A DNA stretch of 64,000 nt from Patescibacteria group bacterium. Lineage in GTDB: Bacteria; Patescibacteriota; Minisyncoccia; Phycocordibacterales; UBA918. Made by a program: the position numbers and the translations under genes. Position 1 is the stretch's first letter. The number at the start of each line of letters is the position of its first letter. The DNA lies in the NCBI GenBank assembly GCA_019752815.1, contig JAIELQ010000003.1, positions 18,722-82,721 of the forward strand, written 5' to 3'. Of the stretch, positions 1 through 8,425 are shown piece by piece. Below the pieces are notes generated by a model that was not told the origin of the DNA, did not search any database, and worked only from the letters and a program-made list of their open reading frames with translations.

Positions 1-8
1 ATTTTCCA

Positions 9-596
9 GTGGTTGCCTCCCTTCGCAACGGCATGGTTTTAAAGGTTTCAGAAACTATCACTACCGGCACATCAACCTGGCACAAAGTTATTTTTGATGA
101 ATGGTTACGCTACCCGGAACGCCATAACGGGGACTGGTACGTAGCCGCAGAATACGTCACCCTGTTAGAAGACCCGGGCACCAAGACACTTGATACACAC
201 CCCCTCACGGGCACATCATCAAAATCAATCCTGGTAGATCGTTCTGATCAAATGCTGTATGCCTATGATGGTGATGAAATATTTATGGTGGCCACCACCT
301 CAACCGGACTCGATAGCACACCTACTCCGCGCGGCGTTTTTACCGTATTCAAAAAAACTCCTAGTCGTTATATGCAGGGACCGTTACCAAATATCAATTC
401 AGATGATTACTATGACCTGCCTGGTGTACCATGGAATTTATATTTTACTGAAGGTGGCGCCGTAATTCACGGTGCCTATTGGCATGACAGTTTTGGAACG
501 AAATATTCTCACGGCTGCGTAAATCTCGAACCCTCTATTGCGCGCACATTATACGAATGGGCCGACTTAGGAATGAAGGTCACCGTACGAGACTAA
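9..596 (+). CDS. L,D-transpeptidase (YkuD-type catalytic domain) preceded by an SH3-like region. Probably 5'-partial: it begins with GTG at 9 and the frame stays open to the window edge.
   Basis: C-terminal catalytic motif SHGCVNL (His/Cys of L,D-transpeptidases). The N-terminal part resembles a bacterial SH3 domain. Confidence 0.6.
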   Translation: MVASLRNGMVLKVSETITTGTSTWHKVIFDEWLRYPERHNGDWYVAAEYVTLLEDPGTKTLDTHPLTGTSSKSILVDRSDQMLYAYDGDEIFMVATTSTGLDSTPTPRGVFTVFKKTPSRYMQGPLPNINSDDYYDLPGVPWNLYFTEGGAVIHGAYWHDSFGTKYSHGCVNLEPSIARTLYEWADLGMKVTVRD

Positions 597-617
597 AAAG
601 TAGCGTATACTGTACCT

Positions 618-1430
618 ATGGCCGACTGGGATAAAATCACCCGCCGAGGTAATGTCGAAGACCGGCGTGGACTACGCAATGGTTTGGCTTCTTTTGGTAT
701 AACCGGAGTACTGCTCGTAATGGGTGCTACCTACTTAATGGGTGGCAACCCCCTTGATGTACTTACCCAAATTGATATCGAGCAGGTGCTCACCCCGGCA
801 ACAAATGAAGATACTTCACAATTTGCCGGCATCGATTCCTATGAACAATTTGTGAGTAGCGTGCTGGGTTCCACCAACGACTACTGGAACAAAACGTTCT
901 TAGAATTAGGCAACACGTACACTGAGCCAACATTAGTTTTGTTCCGTGGTGGCACGAATTCTGGATGCAGCGGTGCCACGAGTGCTTCGGGACCACACTA
1001 CTGTCCTGCCGACTTAACGATTTATCTTGATGAAACTTTTTTTGATGAATTAACTACCCAGCTAGGAGCTTCCGGCGGAGACGTGGCCGAAGCCTACGTG
1101 ATTGCTCACGAAGTTGGACACCATGTACAAAACCTTCTCGGTACAATTGATGGCACGAGACTGACCAACAGCGACTCTGTTGAAATTGAATTACAGGCCG
1201 ATTGTTATGCTGGCTTATGGGCCCACTCACTTCGTGATCAGGGTATTTTTGAACCAAACGAAATCGCCGAAGCCATGAACGCCGCTGAGAGCGTCGGCGA
1301 CGACAGTATTCAGCAAAAAACACAAGGTGAGGTTCACCCTGAATCCTGGACCCATGGTTCATCAGCAGATCGTCTCAATGCTTTCACCATTGGGTACGAA
1401 ACCGGTGATATAAAAAAATGTACCTTCTAG
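618..1430 (+). CDS. YpfJ-family putative neutral zinc metallopeptidase
   Basis: HEVGHHVQ (HExxH) motif. N-terminal TM segment. Conserved KTFLELGNTY...GPHYCPADLTIYLD block typical of Zn_peptidase_2. Confidence 0.65.
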   Translation: MADWDKITRRGNVEDRRGLRNGLASFGITGVLLVMGATYLMGGNPLDVLTQIDIEQVLTPATNEDTSQFAGIDSYEQFVSSVLGSTNDYWNKTFLELGNTYTEPTLVLFRGGTNSGCSGATSASGPHYCPADLTIYLDETFFDELTTQLGASGGDVAEAYVIAHEVGHHVQNLLGTIDGTRLTNSDSVEIELQADCYAGLWAHSLRDQGIFEPNEIAEAMNAAESVGDDSIQQKTQGEVHPESWTHGSSADRLNAFTIGYETGDIKKCTF

Positions 1431-1445
1431 CACTACGGAAAAAGT

Positions 1446-2201
1446 TTACTGTGCTAGTTGCCACAAAGCACCGAATTTTTCTCGCTCACTTTGTGCAAAC
1501 TCGTTACTCTCCACAATAAACCCAAAAGCTTCAGCGTGACTGCTGATAAACGCTACTTTACTATCATATATGATAGTACCCATCGCGATATTTTTTTCTT
1601 TTTGTAATACCCGTCTCGCGTCATGCGCTCCGGACGTAAACAATGTATCGGAAACTTTTTTAGCATTACTAACCCACACGGACTCAATAGTGAGCTGGCG
1701 TTTTAGCCGTCTCTCATCAAACCACTTCAAGAACAACTCATCAAAAACCTGGTTCATTTTTTGCTCAGGCCAAATAACTTGGAGCGTAGTGGTATCGTGC
1801 CACATGATGTCTTTTAATAATTGCTTCACTCCGTCGGAACCTTCAAAAAAACGGAGCTTTGGGGTAACCGTATGGAGTGAATCAGCTAAACTCGGTAATG
1901 CCTCAGATAAAAATGCGCGACTCTGATTGAGTCGATCAATTTTATCCTCGAGCAGTGCATCGAGATATTTAATATCCGCCGCGGCAAATTCTGCTTTGCC
2001 ATCAATATCGAGCTCAACTACCAAGTTAAGTGCAATTAGTGATTTTAGCTGATCGTAGACTGACGGCCTCGTCATTCCAGTTCGGGCGGCCAGTATTCGA
2101 GCAGGAGCTTTTCCTTCAGTTAATAACGACAAATAAATCGTTTGTTGAAAATCACTGAGATCCAACCTGCGCAGAGCTGAACTTATATTATTGGTAGACA
2201 T
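1446..2201 (-). CDS. TrmB-family transcriptional regulator
   Basis: N-terminal wHTH (LSDFQQTIYLSLLTEGKAPARILAARTGMTRPSVYDQLKSL) of the TrmB type, plus a C-terminal sensor-like domain. Confidence 0.55.
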   Translation of the reverse strand: MSTNNISSALRRLDLSDFQQTIYLSLLTEGKAPARILAARTGMTRPSVYDQLKSLIALNLVVELDIDGKAEFAAADIKYLDALLEDKIDRLNQSRAFLSEALPSLADSLHTVTPKLRFFEGSDGVKQLLKDIMWHDTTTLQVIWPEQKMNQVFDELFLKWFDERRLKRQLTIESVWVSNAKKVSDTLFTSGAHDARRVLQKEKNIAMGTIIYDSKVAFISSHAEAFGFIVESNEFAQSEREKFGALWQLAQ

Positions 2202-2310
2202 ATACAGTGAATACTAGAATAACAAATTGTCGAAATTCGTCAACATATTTACATATTTGAGACATTGACCCATACTGTGTTCAGAACCGATCTTTCAGAG
2301 GAGAACTCAG

Positions 2311-2871
2311 ATGAAACAAGTTACCTACGGCATCCCGACCTGGAGCTTCAAAACCTACACTGCCCGGTACAACTACCGTTGTGCCAACTGTGAAGGTCTC
2401 ATCCCCTCGGGGACCAAGTACCTTCGCCACGTTGAACGCCTCGGTGCCAAAAAAGGCGTCGATCCCCTGCGGAACGTGCATGTTCATCTCGATTGTCACG
2501 CTCCCTGGTATCAGCCCGAGGCTCCGCACCGGCTTAAAAATCTCGGACGGTTGCCCCGGCGCACGCCACCGACTGCTACACTCGATGCTGGCAGGTATCA
2601 TCACAAACCCAGCATCGCAATTACCTCCCCCACTATTGGTACCCTGCAGTGGCAACCGGCCGCAGACCTCGCGGCTAAATTGGTAGCCATGCCTAACCAG
2701 CGTGCATCAGAAGGAGCCATGGTCGAAATTGAATCAACCATAACGATTGTGATGACGGCACTGCAGCAAGCAACCGGTAACAAGCGTAAGGCGATGAAAC
2801 TCAATCACCTGATTGAACAGATTACTCATCTCCTTGACCCTGTACCCGTAGCTCAGACGGATCATGTGTAA
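2311..2871 (+). CDS. hypothetical protein, GC-rich relative to neighbours, with Cys/His cluster CANCEG...HVHLDCH
   Basis: Strong RBS (GAGGAG) 8 nt upstream. Its own terminator hairpin at 2876-2912. Elevated GC. Confidence 0.5.
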   Translation: MKQVTYGIPTWSFKTYTARYNYRCANCEGLIPSGTKYLRHVERLGAKKGVDPLRNVHVHLDCHAPWYQPEAPHRLKNLGRLPRRTPPTATLDAGRYHHKPSIAITSPTIGTLQWQPAADLAAKLVAMPNQRASEGAMVEIESTITIVMTALQQATGNKRKAMKLNHLIEQITHLLDPVPVAQTDHV

Positions 2872-2875
2872 ACAA

Positions 2876-2912
2876 AAATAAAGTCGGCATGACAACATGC
2901 CGACTTTTTAAT
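2876..2912. terminator. bidirectional rho-independent terminator hairpin (aaaaataaaGTCGGCATGacaaCATGCCGACttttt)
   Basis: Perfect 11-bp stem flanked by an A-tract and a T-tract. Lies between convergent genes. Confidence 0.7.
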
Positions 2913-2961
2913 ACCTAAACCTCACCATTTTGAAACCAAAACGGTGGGGTTTCATTACGTA

Positions 2962-3192
2962 CTATTTACTTGATCCATTGGACATATCGAGAAACTTGCC
3001 CGGATTTGACTCCCATGCAGCAATAAAATCAGCGTGCTGTTCATGATTAGAGAAAATTTCTTGCAAACAACCAGCCATAATGGTGCCGTCAGGCTGTACA
3101 TACCTTCCCAACCGCATCCGAATAGCATCTTTTTCCTCTGGCGAAATATCTACCGTTGCCAAATACCCGATAACCATAGTGCGATCGAACAT
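2962..3192 (-). CDS. hypothetical small protein (76 aa). Start moved to the ATG 6 nt after an AGGAGAG RBS.
   Basis: ORF with a good SD. The upstream TTG at 3198 is too close to the SD. Confidence 0.4.
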   Translation of the reverse strand: MFDRTMVIGYLATVDISPEEKDAIRMRLGRYVQPDGTIMAGCLQEIFSNHEQHADFIAAWESNPGKFLDMSNGSSK

Positions 3193-3275
3193 ATGCAACT
3201 CTCCTGTGTTTGAACATACTCTCTAAGCAAATTTATACCACAAACCATCAGTAGTTGAAATATAAACAGTATCAA

Positions 3276-3304
3276 TTGACAAAAGTTTAACTTAAGTTAA
3301 ACTT
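3276..3304 (+). promoter_or_regulatory. sigma70-like promoter (TTGACA-17-TAAACT) overlapping a perfect 18-bp palindrome gtttaacttaagttaaac. Putative antitoxin autoregulation operator.
   Basis: Sequence motifs immediately upstream of the antitoxin start at 3310. Confidence 0.5.
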
Positions 3305-3309
3305 AAGAT

Positions 3310-3573
3310 ATGAGCATAAAGACACAAAAAAATATTGGTTTGAAAGAACTCCGTGAAAATATGGAGAGCTATATTGAACGTGTTAATAAAGGTGAGTCGC
3401 TAACAATCTATAGACGTTCTACCCCACTTTTTCGCATAACACCAATAGAGAGTGAGACTGATGAGAACTGGGAAACCGTTGTGGATTTTGTTAAAGAAAC
3501 TGGAGCTGCTATGCCGTTAAAAGACCTCCTCCAATCCATTAAAAAATATGGACAAAAATCAAAAGTTTCTTAA
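3310..3573 (+). CDS. type II antitoxin, Phd/YefM-like
   Basis: N-terminal KELRENMESYIERVNKGESLTIYRRSTPLF resembles the prevent-host-death antitoxin fold. It overlaps the downstream toxin gene. Confidence 0.55.
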   Translation: MSIKTQKNIGLKELRENMESYIERVNKGESLTIYRRSTPLFRITPIESETDENWETVVDFVKETGAAMPLKDLLQSIKKYGQKSKVS

Positions 3574-3790
3574 AAAACTTTCCTCCAAAGAACTACTGGC
3601 CCTGCAATCAGTTTTACATAAAATCCAAAGTAAAAAGACTGACGGATTGGACATTAAAAAACTTACAGGTCATACTGACGTATTCCGTGTACGTGTTGGA
3701 ACAATTAGAGTTATCTTTTTGGCGAATCGTTCAGTGATTGAAATCCTAGAAATTAGTCGGCGCAGCGAAAAAACTTATCATAATTTTTAA
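3548..3790 (+). CDS. type II toxin, RelE/ParE superfamily
   Basis: C-terminal IRVIFLANRSVIEILEISRRSEKTY resembles RelE/ParE. The start overlaps the antitoxin by 26 nt. A terminator follows. Confidence 0.5.
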   Translation: MDKNQKFLKKLSSKELLALQSVLHKIQSKKTDGLDIKKLTGHTDVFRVRVGTIRVIFLANRSVIEILEISRRSEKTYHNF

Positions 3791-3795
3791 AAGTA

Positions 3796-3828
3796 AAAAA
3801 CCACTTAGAAGGTGGTTTTTTAGTAACT
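3796..3828. terminator. bidirectional terminator (aaaaaaCCACttagaaGGTGGtttttt)
   Basis: Hairpin with A and T tracts between the TA pair and the convergent pilin gene. Confidence 0.6.
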
Positions 3829-3832
3829 TACC

Positions 3833-4297
3833 TTACCGCGTCAAACAATACTCACTACTGCCGGCAATTGCCGCTTCGGCGTGTTTTGGAGCACAGACAG
3901 TGAATCGACCCAGCGCGTCTACCTCTACCGTATAAAGCGTATCAGCATCACTTCCTCCGTCGGGGTCAAAGGGTAGAGCGCTTGGGATGTATGTCGGTAC
4001 GAGGCAACTGAGATCAATGTTTCCACTCCCAGTACCGATATTTGTTTCGGTAGTGGTGATGGAATCAGAAGCACATGTGAACACTCCTTTATTATCGACA
4101 GTGTTTTGTCCAATAGCATTTAAAATTGTTGAGACATTTGCTTCACGTTGTGTGTTACGGGACTGTGCAAATTGACGAGAAGGATTAATCGCGACCACCA
4201 CAATTGAAGCCAAAATTGCAATGATACCAATAACAACGAGCAACTCCATTAAGGTGAACCCTACACTTGTATTAACTTTTTTGTTTGAGGTGGTCAT
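3833..4297 (-). CDS. type IV pilin (prepilin-type N-terminal cleavage/methylation domain). Candidate major pilin.
   Basis: N-terminus GFTLMELLVVIGIIAILASIVVVAI is a classical class III signal with Gly-1/Glu+5. It is the last gene of the pilus operon. Confidence 0.85.
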   Translation of the reverse strand: MTTSNKKVNTSVGFTLMELLVVIGIIAILASIVVVAINPSRQFAQSRNTQREANVSTILNAIGQNTVDNKGVFTCASDSITTTETNIGTGSGNIDLSCLVPTYIPSALPFDPDGGSDADTLYTVEVDALGRFTVCAPKHAEAAIAGSSEYCLTR

Positions 4298-4397
4298 ACT
4301 TAAAGAATGAACTTTACAACATAATAAGATCTATCAACACTCACTCTGACTTAAGTATATTCCTAATTAAAAAAACTATTTTGACATATGTGTACAA

Positions 4398-4874
4398 CTA
4401 TGGCATTGTCGACACCTCTTTGACACTATCAAGCACAGGCTGAAAATACATCTCCCGTGCAATCACATTGGAAAGTGTAGTCTCATTTAAATGAATATTT
4501 CCTGTTTTGTATATCAAATCAAGATTAGTCACACTACCCCTCACCTCAGCGTGGACACGTACCGTTACGTATTCTTTACTCGGAGATTCTTTTTTGATTT
4601 CATAAACTGTACACGAACCAATCTCGTTTATAACTGTTGGGGTGTTTGTAGAATTATTTACACTGAGAATTAATGCCAGACTTCGATTACCACACTCAAA
4701 TGCAAGCAAACGAGACTGCTCTTTAGCTTCATTCCCTAATACCAAAAAGCTTGTGTAAAAACCTGATATACCAGCTTGAATAGTCATCACTAAAAGCGTC
4801 GCTCCTATAACAATCGTAGACATGAGAGCCACAAACCCTGATTGATTTTTTAAATTTGTATTTTGTAACTTCAT
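4398..4874 (-). CDS. minor pilin/pseudopilin (prepilin-type N-terminus). Start set at the internal Met MKLQNTNLK.
   Basis: GFVALMSTIVIGATLLV hydrophobic N-terminal helix. Operon context. Confidence 0.6.
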   Translation of the reverse strand: MKLQNTNLKNQSGFVALMSTIVIGATLLVMTIQAGISGFYTSFLVLGNEAKEQSRLLAFECGNRSLALILSVNNSTNTPTVINEIGSCTVYEIKKESPSKEYVTVRVHAEVRGSVTNLDLIYKTGNIHLNETTLSNVIAREMYFQPVLDSVKEVSTMP

Positions 4875-4875
4875 A

Positions 4876-5310
4876 TCAAAAAGTAGTAAAAAATATAAAT
4901 GGAATTTTATTAATTGTATAGGTAATTTTAATTTCAGTATTACGTATATCAATCATTTCATTTTTGATTTTAAAACTATTTCCTGAAATTACCTGTGGAG
5001 TGCTTGTGTTACGACTTAGGTACAATTGTTCATCGTAAAAATTAAATATAAGCGGACTATTCTTACCCAAGTCAGGCCTAATGATATAAATGGTTTTGTC
5101 ATCAACTTTTATTATTTCTTCAGCCCCACTTATTGCCCATGCAAACTTCTGATTAATAAAAATTGATTCTGCAATTGTATTTGTCTTTTGAGTAATTCCA
5201 GCACTACTACTCATAAGGGCGTAGGTAGTGACTAATCCGCCTGTCATCAAAAGACTAAAAAGTGCACAGTATATTATTGTTTCAAGTAGTGTAAAGCCTA
5301 ATGTTTTCAT
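4876..5310 (-). CDS. minor pilin/pseudopilin
   Basis: N-terminus MKTLGFTLLETIIYCALFSLL carries a prepilin cleavage motif. Confidence 0.75.
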   Translation of the reverse strand: MKTLGFTLLETIIYCALFSLLMTGGLVTTYALMSSSAGITQKTNTIAESIFINQKFAWAISGAEEIIKVDDKTIYIIRPDLGKNSPLIFNFYDEQLYLSRNTSTPQVISGNSFKIKNEMIDIRNTEIKITYTINKIPFIFFTTF

Positions 5311-6839
5311 GGTGTATATAAAACTGAAATATTTTCACTTAGGGTTTGAGACTGACTCACCACAAACATATTATTCATGCCTATATCAATACCGAGCGGA
5401 GCTATTCTGGGACTACTAAAACTTGATAACTGACCAGCGTTAACTACTAACGAATTCCATGTCTGTAAATCATTGTTCCAAATCTGAAACTCAGAACCAT
5501 TTTTACCAGTACCTACAACCAACTCTCTTCCTGTACTAGTTAACGCTAGCACCTCCCCTCCCACCTCACCAGTTGCCAGTACTTGAAGTTCATTTGCAAT
5601 TAATTTTTGACTATTGAATGCATACAGTTCTGGTGTAGTACTATTTCTTCGACCCACATACAAAATTGAACCGTTCAGATATATGGATACAGCATCTGCA
5701 TTACCATTTAGATTTATAGCTGCAATCTCGACAGGGACAGTGTCCGTTACGTCATATACACCGACCTCCTTCAAATCAGAACTTGCTGCCAAATATAAAA
5801 ATCTTCTTTTTAATCCGTTAACTATTTCATCCCTAATCACCATGTCATTAACCGTGCGATTTAAATTTATGGGAGCAGTAGTTATTTCTAACGGCAAGCG
5901 AGGATCCATAATGGAAAAGATATGGAGCTCAGGACCGGTTGTCTCTCGAGTAACTACAAATAATTGATTGCCGTATGCAACCACTCTCCAACCTTGAGGA
6001 AATGATCCCGCACTCGCAACATTTAATAGGGGGTATTCTGCCAGAAACTCGGGACTAGTTGAGTCGGTGACGTCATATACAATTAATTGACTAGTGCTAC
6101 TATGCTGCATAAGATACGCATACATTCTTCCAGTTAAGTAATCCCGAATGACATCAATATCGTTTATCCGTATCCCCTGCACACTACTTGAACTCACCAA
6201 AACAGGTGCATGATCAGGATTATCTGATAGCTTAAAGATACGCAAAAAAGGAGATTGCATACTTGTTACATACATATACTCTCCTAGCACATCTACTCCG
6301 GTAATTTGCTGTGGTGGTAAAATTATCTGACCGCCAAGTTGGGGCAAGACTTCGCCCCAGTCATTATGTAATGCCTCTACTAAACAATCACCTCCTGCAG
6401 ACAAAATTTCATTATTATTGGATAGGTAAGACCTAGTGGTCACCGAGCTTGAGGGATATCTTTCAGAAATTTTCCACGAAACAGACACCGTAACCTCTTT
6501 TGCACATGATGAAATATCAGTAACAGTTTTGTCTACAAAATAACACTGACCGCCATCAATACAACTTTTATCACTTAGTAAACCCTCATCCTTGGAAACT
6601 TCTGATGTAATAGTGGATACTTGTTGAAAATTTTCTGTGCCGACAGCTTGAATATTGCCTATGATTATTTTGCTTTTATTGATAGCTTCATTAGAGATTT
6701 GCGCAGTAATAAACCAATACTGCGCTGACATAATAGATCCCACCGCCCCAACCATAATGACTGACAATAACGCAAAAGCAATTAACAACTCAATGGTACT
6801 AAACCCAACAATTATATTTTTAGTAAATAGCCCCTTCAT
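5307..6839 (-). CDS. large (510 aa) pseudopilin-like protein: prepilin-type N-terminus fused to a predicted beta-propeller of LVIVD-like repeats
   Basis: N-terminus GFSTIELLIAFALLSV. Repeated blocks VYDVTDSTSPEF, VGVYDVTDTVPVEI, LHIFSIMDPRLPLEI and ELYAFNSQKL resemble LVIVD repeats. Confidence 0.7.
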   Translation of the reverse strand: MKGLFTKNIIVGFSTIELLIAFALLSVIMVGAVGSIMSAQYWFITAQISNEAINKSKIIIGNIQAVGTENFQQVSTITSEVSKDEGLLSDKSCIDGGQCYFVDKTVTDISSCAKEVTVSVSWKISERYPSSSVTTRSYLSNNNEILSAGGDCLVEALHNDWGEVLPQLGGQIILPPQQITGVDVLGEYMYVTSMQSPFLRIFKLSDNPDHAPVLVSSSSVQGIRINDIDVIRDYLTGRMYAYLMQHSSTSQLIVYDVTDSTSPEFLAEYPLLNVASAGSFPQGWRVVAYGNQLFVVTRETTGPELHIFSIMDPRLPLEITTAPINLNRTVNDMVIRDEIVNGLKRRFLYLAASSDLKEVGVYDVTDTVPVEIAAINLNGNADAVSIYLNGSILYVGRRNSTTPELYAFNSQKLIANELQVLATGEVGGEVLALTSTGRELVVGTGKNGSEFQIWNNDLQTWNSLVVNAGQLSSFSSPRIAPLGIDIGMNNMFVVSQSQTLSENISVLYTP

Positions 6840-7305
6840 AATTAATTGTTACCGTCGTTGAAGCTCCTGAATGAGTACTGTTTAATTCAAACTCTGAATC
6901 AATATTTGATTCACCACTTAATTGTTCGAAGATAATTACTTCAGGATAATTGGCACTAAAGGAAAAATTCTCAGCGCGTGGCACATACACATGTAGAGAT
7001 TCGTCAGAATCATCAAAATTATTCCCCACAAACACTACGTAACCTTGATAACCTGACGGATCTATTGCCACACCATGATCTTGCTCTCCAACATTTTGCA
7101 TTGCATTTGCCCGAGCTGATTGCAAAAGAAGAATAAGGTTACCTTTTTCTGTAGTTAATAATTGATTTTCATAATAATTATATGAAAACAACATAGTAGC
7201 TGAAGCAATTACTGCCACCATAGACATAACAATGAGGACCTCAAACAAAGAAAAGCCGAGCTGAGTTGATAGTTTATTACTGATGAATGTTCTGCGTAAT
7301 GCCAT
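6820..7305 (-). CDS. pseudopilin (GspH-like minor pilin)
   Basis: N-terminus GFSLFEVLIVMSMVAVIAS. Confidence 0.75.
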   Translation of the reverse strand: MALRRTFISNKLSTQLGFSLFEVLIVMSMVAVIASATMLFSYNYYENQLLTTEKGNLILLLQSARANAMQNVGEQDHGVAIDPSGYQGYVVFVGNNFDDSDESLHVYVPRAENFSFSANYPEVIIFEQLSGESNIDSEFELNSTHSGASTTVTINYEGAIY

Positions 7306-8425
7306 ATATGGGTGTAATGATGGAAATAGCTATAAAACCAACAACCAGACCCATCAGTAACATGAGGAGTGGTTCTACAATTATTGTTAGATTTTTTGTG
7401 CGGTCACGAATATCTGATTCATACACTTCTGAAACATATGCCAGGGTGGTTGGCATGTTACCAGTATTCTCTCCCGCTTGAATCATCTGTATCAAAAGTG
7501 GTGGAAAAAGAAAGATATTTTTTTGGAGCTCTGAGGAAAGCTTCTTACCAGTTACCACGGCAATACAAGTACTTTCAAGTGCCAACTTGTATACTACGTT
7601 GTTTGTACTTACTGCTGTAATATCGAGCGCTGTAGTTATTGGTATATCATTTTGAAGAAGTAATCCTAATGTGCGTGTACTTTGTGCCAAATTATAAAAA
7701 CGACACATACCTCCAACTATAGGAATGCGAAGAATAATATTTGTAATATGGTATAGAAAAAATGGAATTCGTAGCAGGAGCGTAATAATAAACACACTCA
7801 CCACACTAGCAATGAGTACATACCACCCGTATTTTATTAAAAAATCACTAACTACTATAAGAAACTTTGTTGACCACGGCAGTGACGTTTTTACACTTAA
7901 GAAAATAGGTACAATCTTAGGAAATATATACACGATCAGAAATACAGTGATCGCTATAGTTGCAATTATAACAATCAACGGGTAGACCAATGCGCTTAAA
8001 ATTTGCGTTCTTAATTCATACTTCTTTTTTAACTCAACAGCTACGTATTCTAAACTTTCTGGCAATGTACCTGTACGCTCTCCGACACCTATGATACTTA
8101 TGCAAAAGAAACCAAATATTTTTTTATATTTCATTATTGCTGTACCGAGAGACTGTCCGGAAGACATATCTACAGCCAGACTAGAAGTTATAACCTTGAG
8201 ACTCTTTGAAGCATTTTCATTGGCGATCATTTGTAGACAATCAACGATCGGCATTTGTGCTCTTAGCATCATTGAAAAACGTTTCAAAAATATGATCTGC
8301 TCTTTAGTTGAAATCCTCAATCCATAAGTACCATTGTGAAAATATGAAATTTTCATGTAATTTTTTTCATCCATTCTCACAATAGATGATACGAATGTAT
8401 CCCAGAATTGAAAATATTTATTCAT
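7277..8425 (-). CDS. pilC: type II secretion system F family platform protein (PilC/GspF)
   Basis: Polytopic membrane protein with two GspF-type repeats. C-terminal AGENTGNMPTTL motif. Confidence 0.85.
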   Translation of the reverse strand: MNKYFQFWDTFVSSIVRMDEKNYMKISYFHNGTYGLRISTKEQIIFLKRFSMMLRAQMPIVDCLQMIANENASKSLKVITSSLAVDMSSGQSLGTAIMKYKKIFGFFCISIIGVGERTGTLPESLEYVAVELKKKYELRTQILSALVYPLIVIIATIAITVFLIVYIFPKIVPIFLSVKTSLPWSTKFLIVVSDFLIKYGWYVLIASVVSVFIITLLLRIPFFLYHITNIILRIPIVGGMCRFYNLAQSTRTLGLLLQNDIPITTALDITAVSTNNVVYKLALESTCIAVVTGKKLSSELQKNIFLFPPLLIQMIQAGENTGNMPTTLAYVSEVYESDIRDRTKNLTIIVEPLLMLLMGLVVGFIAISIITPIYGITQNIHQ

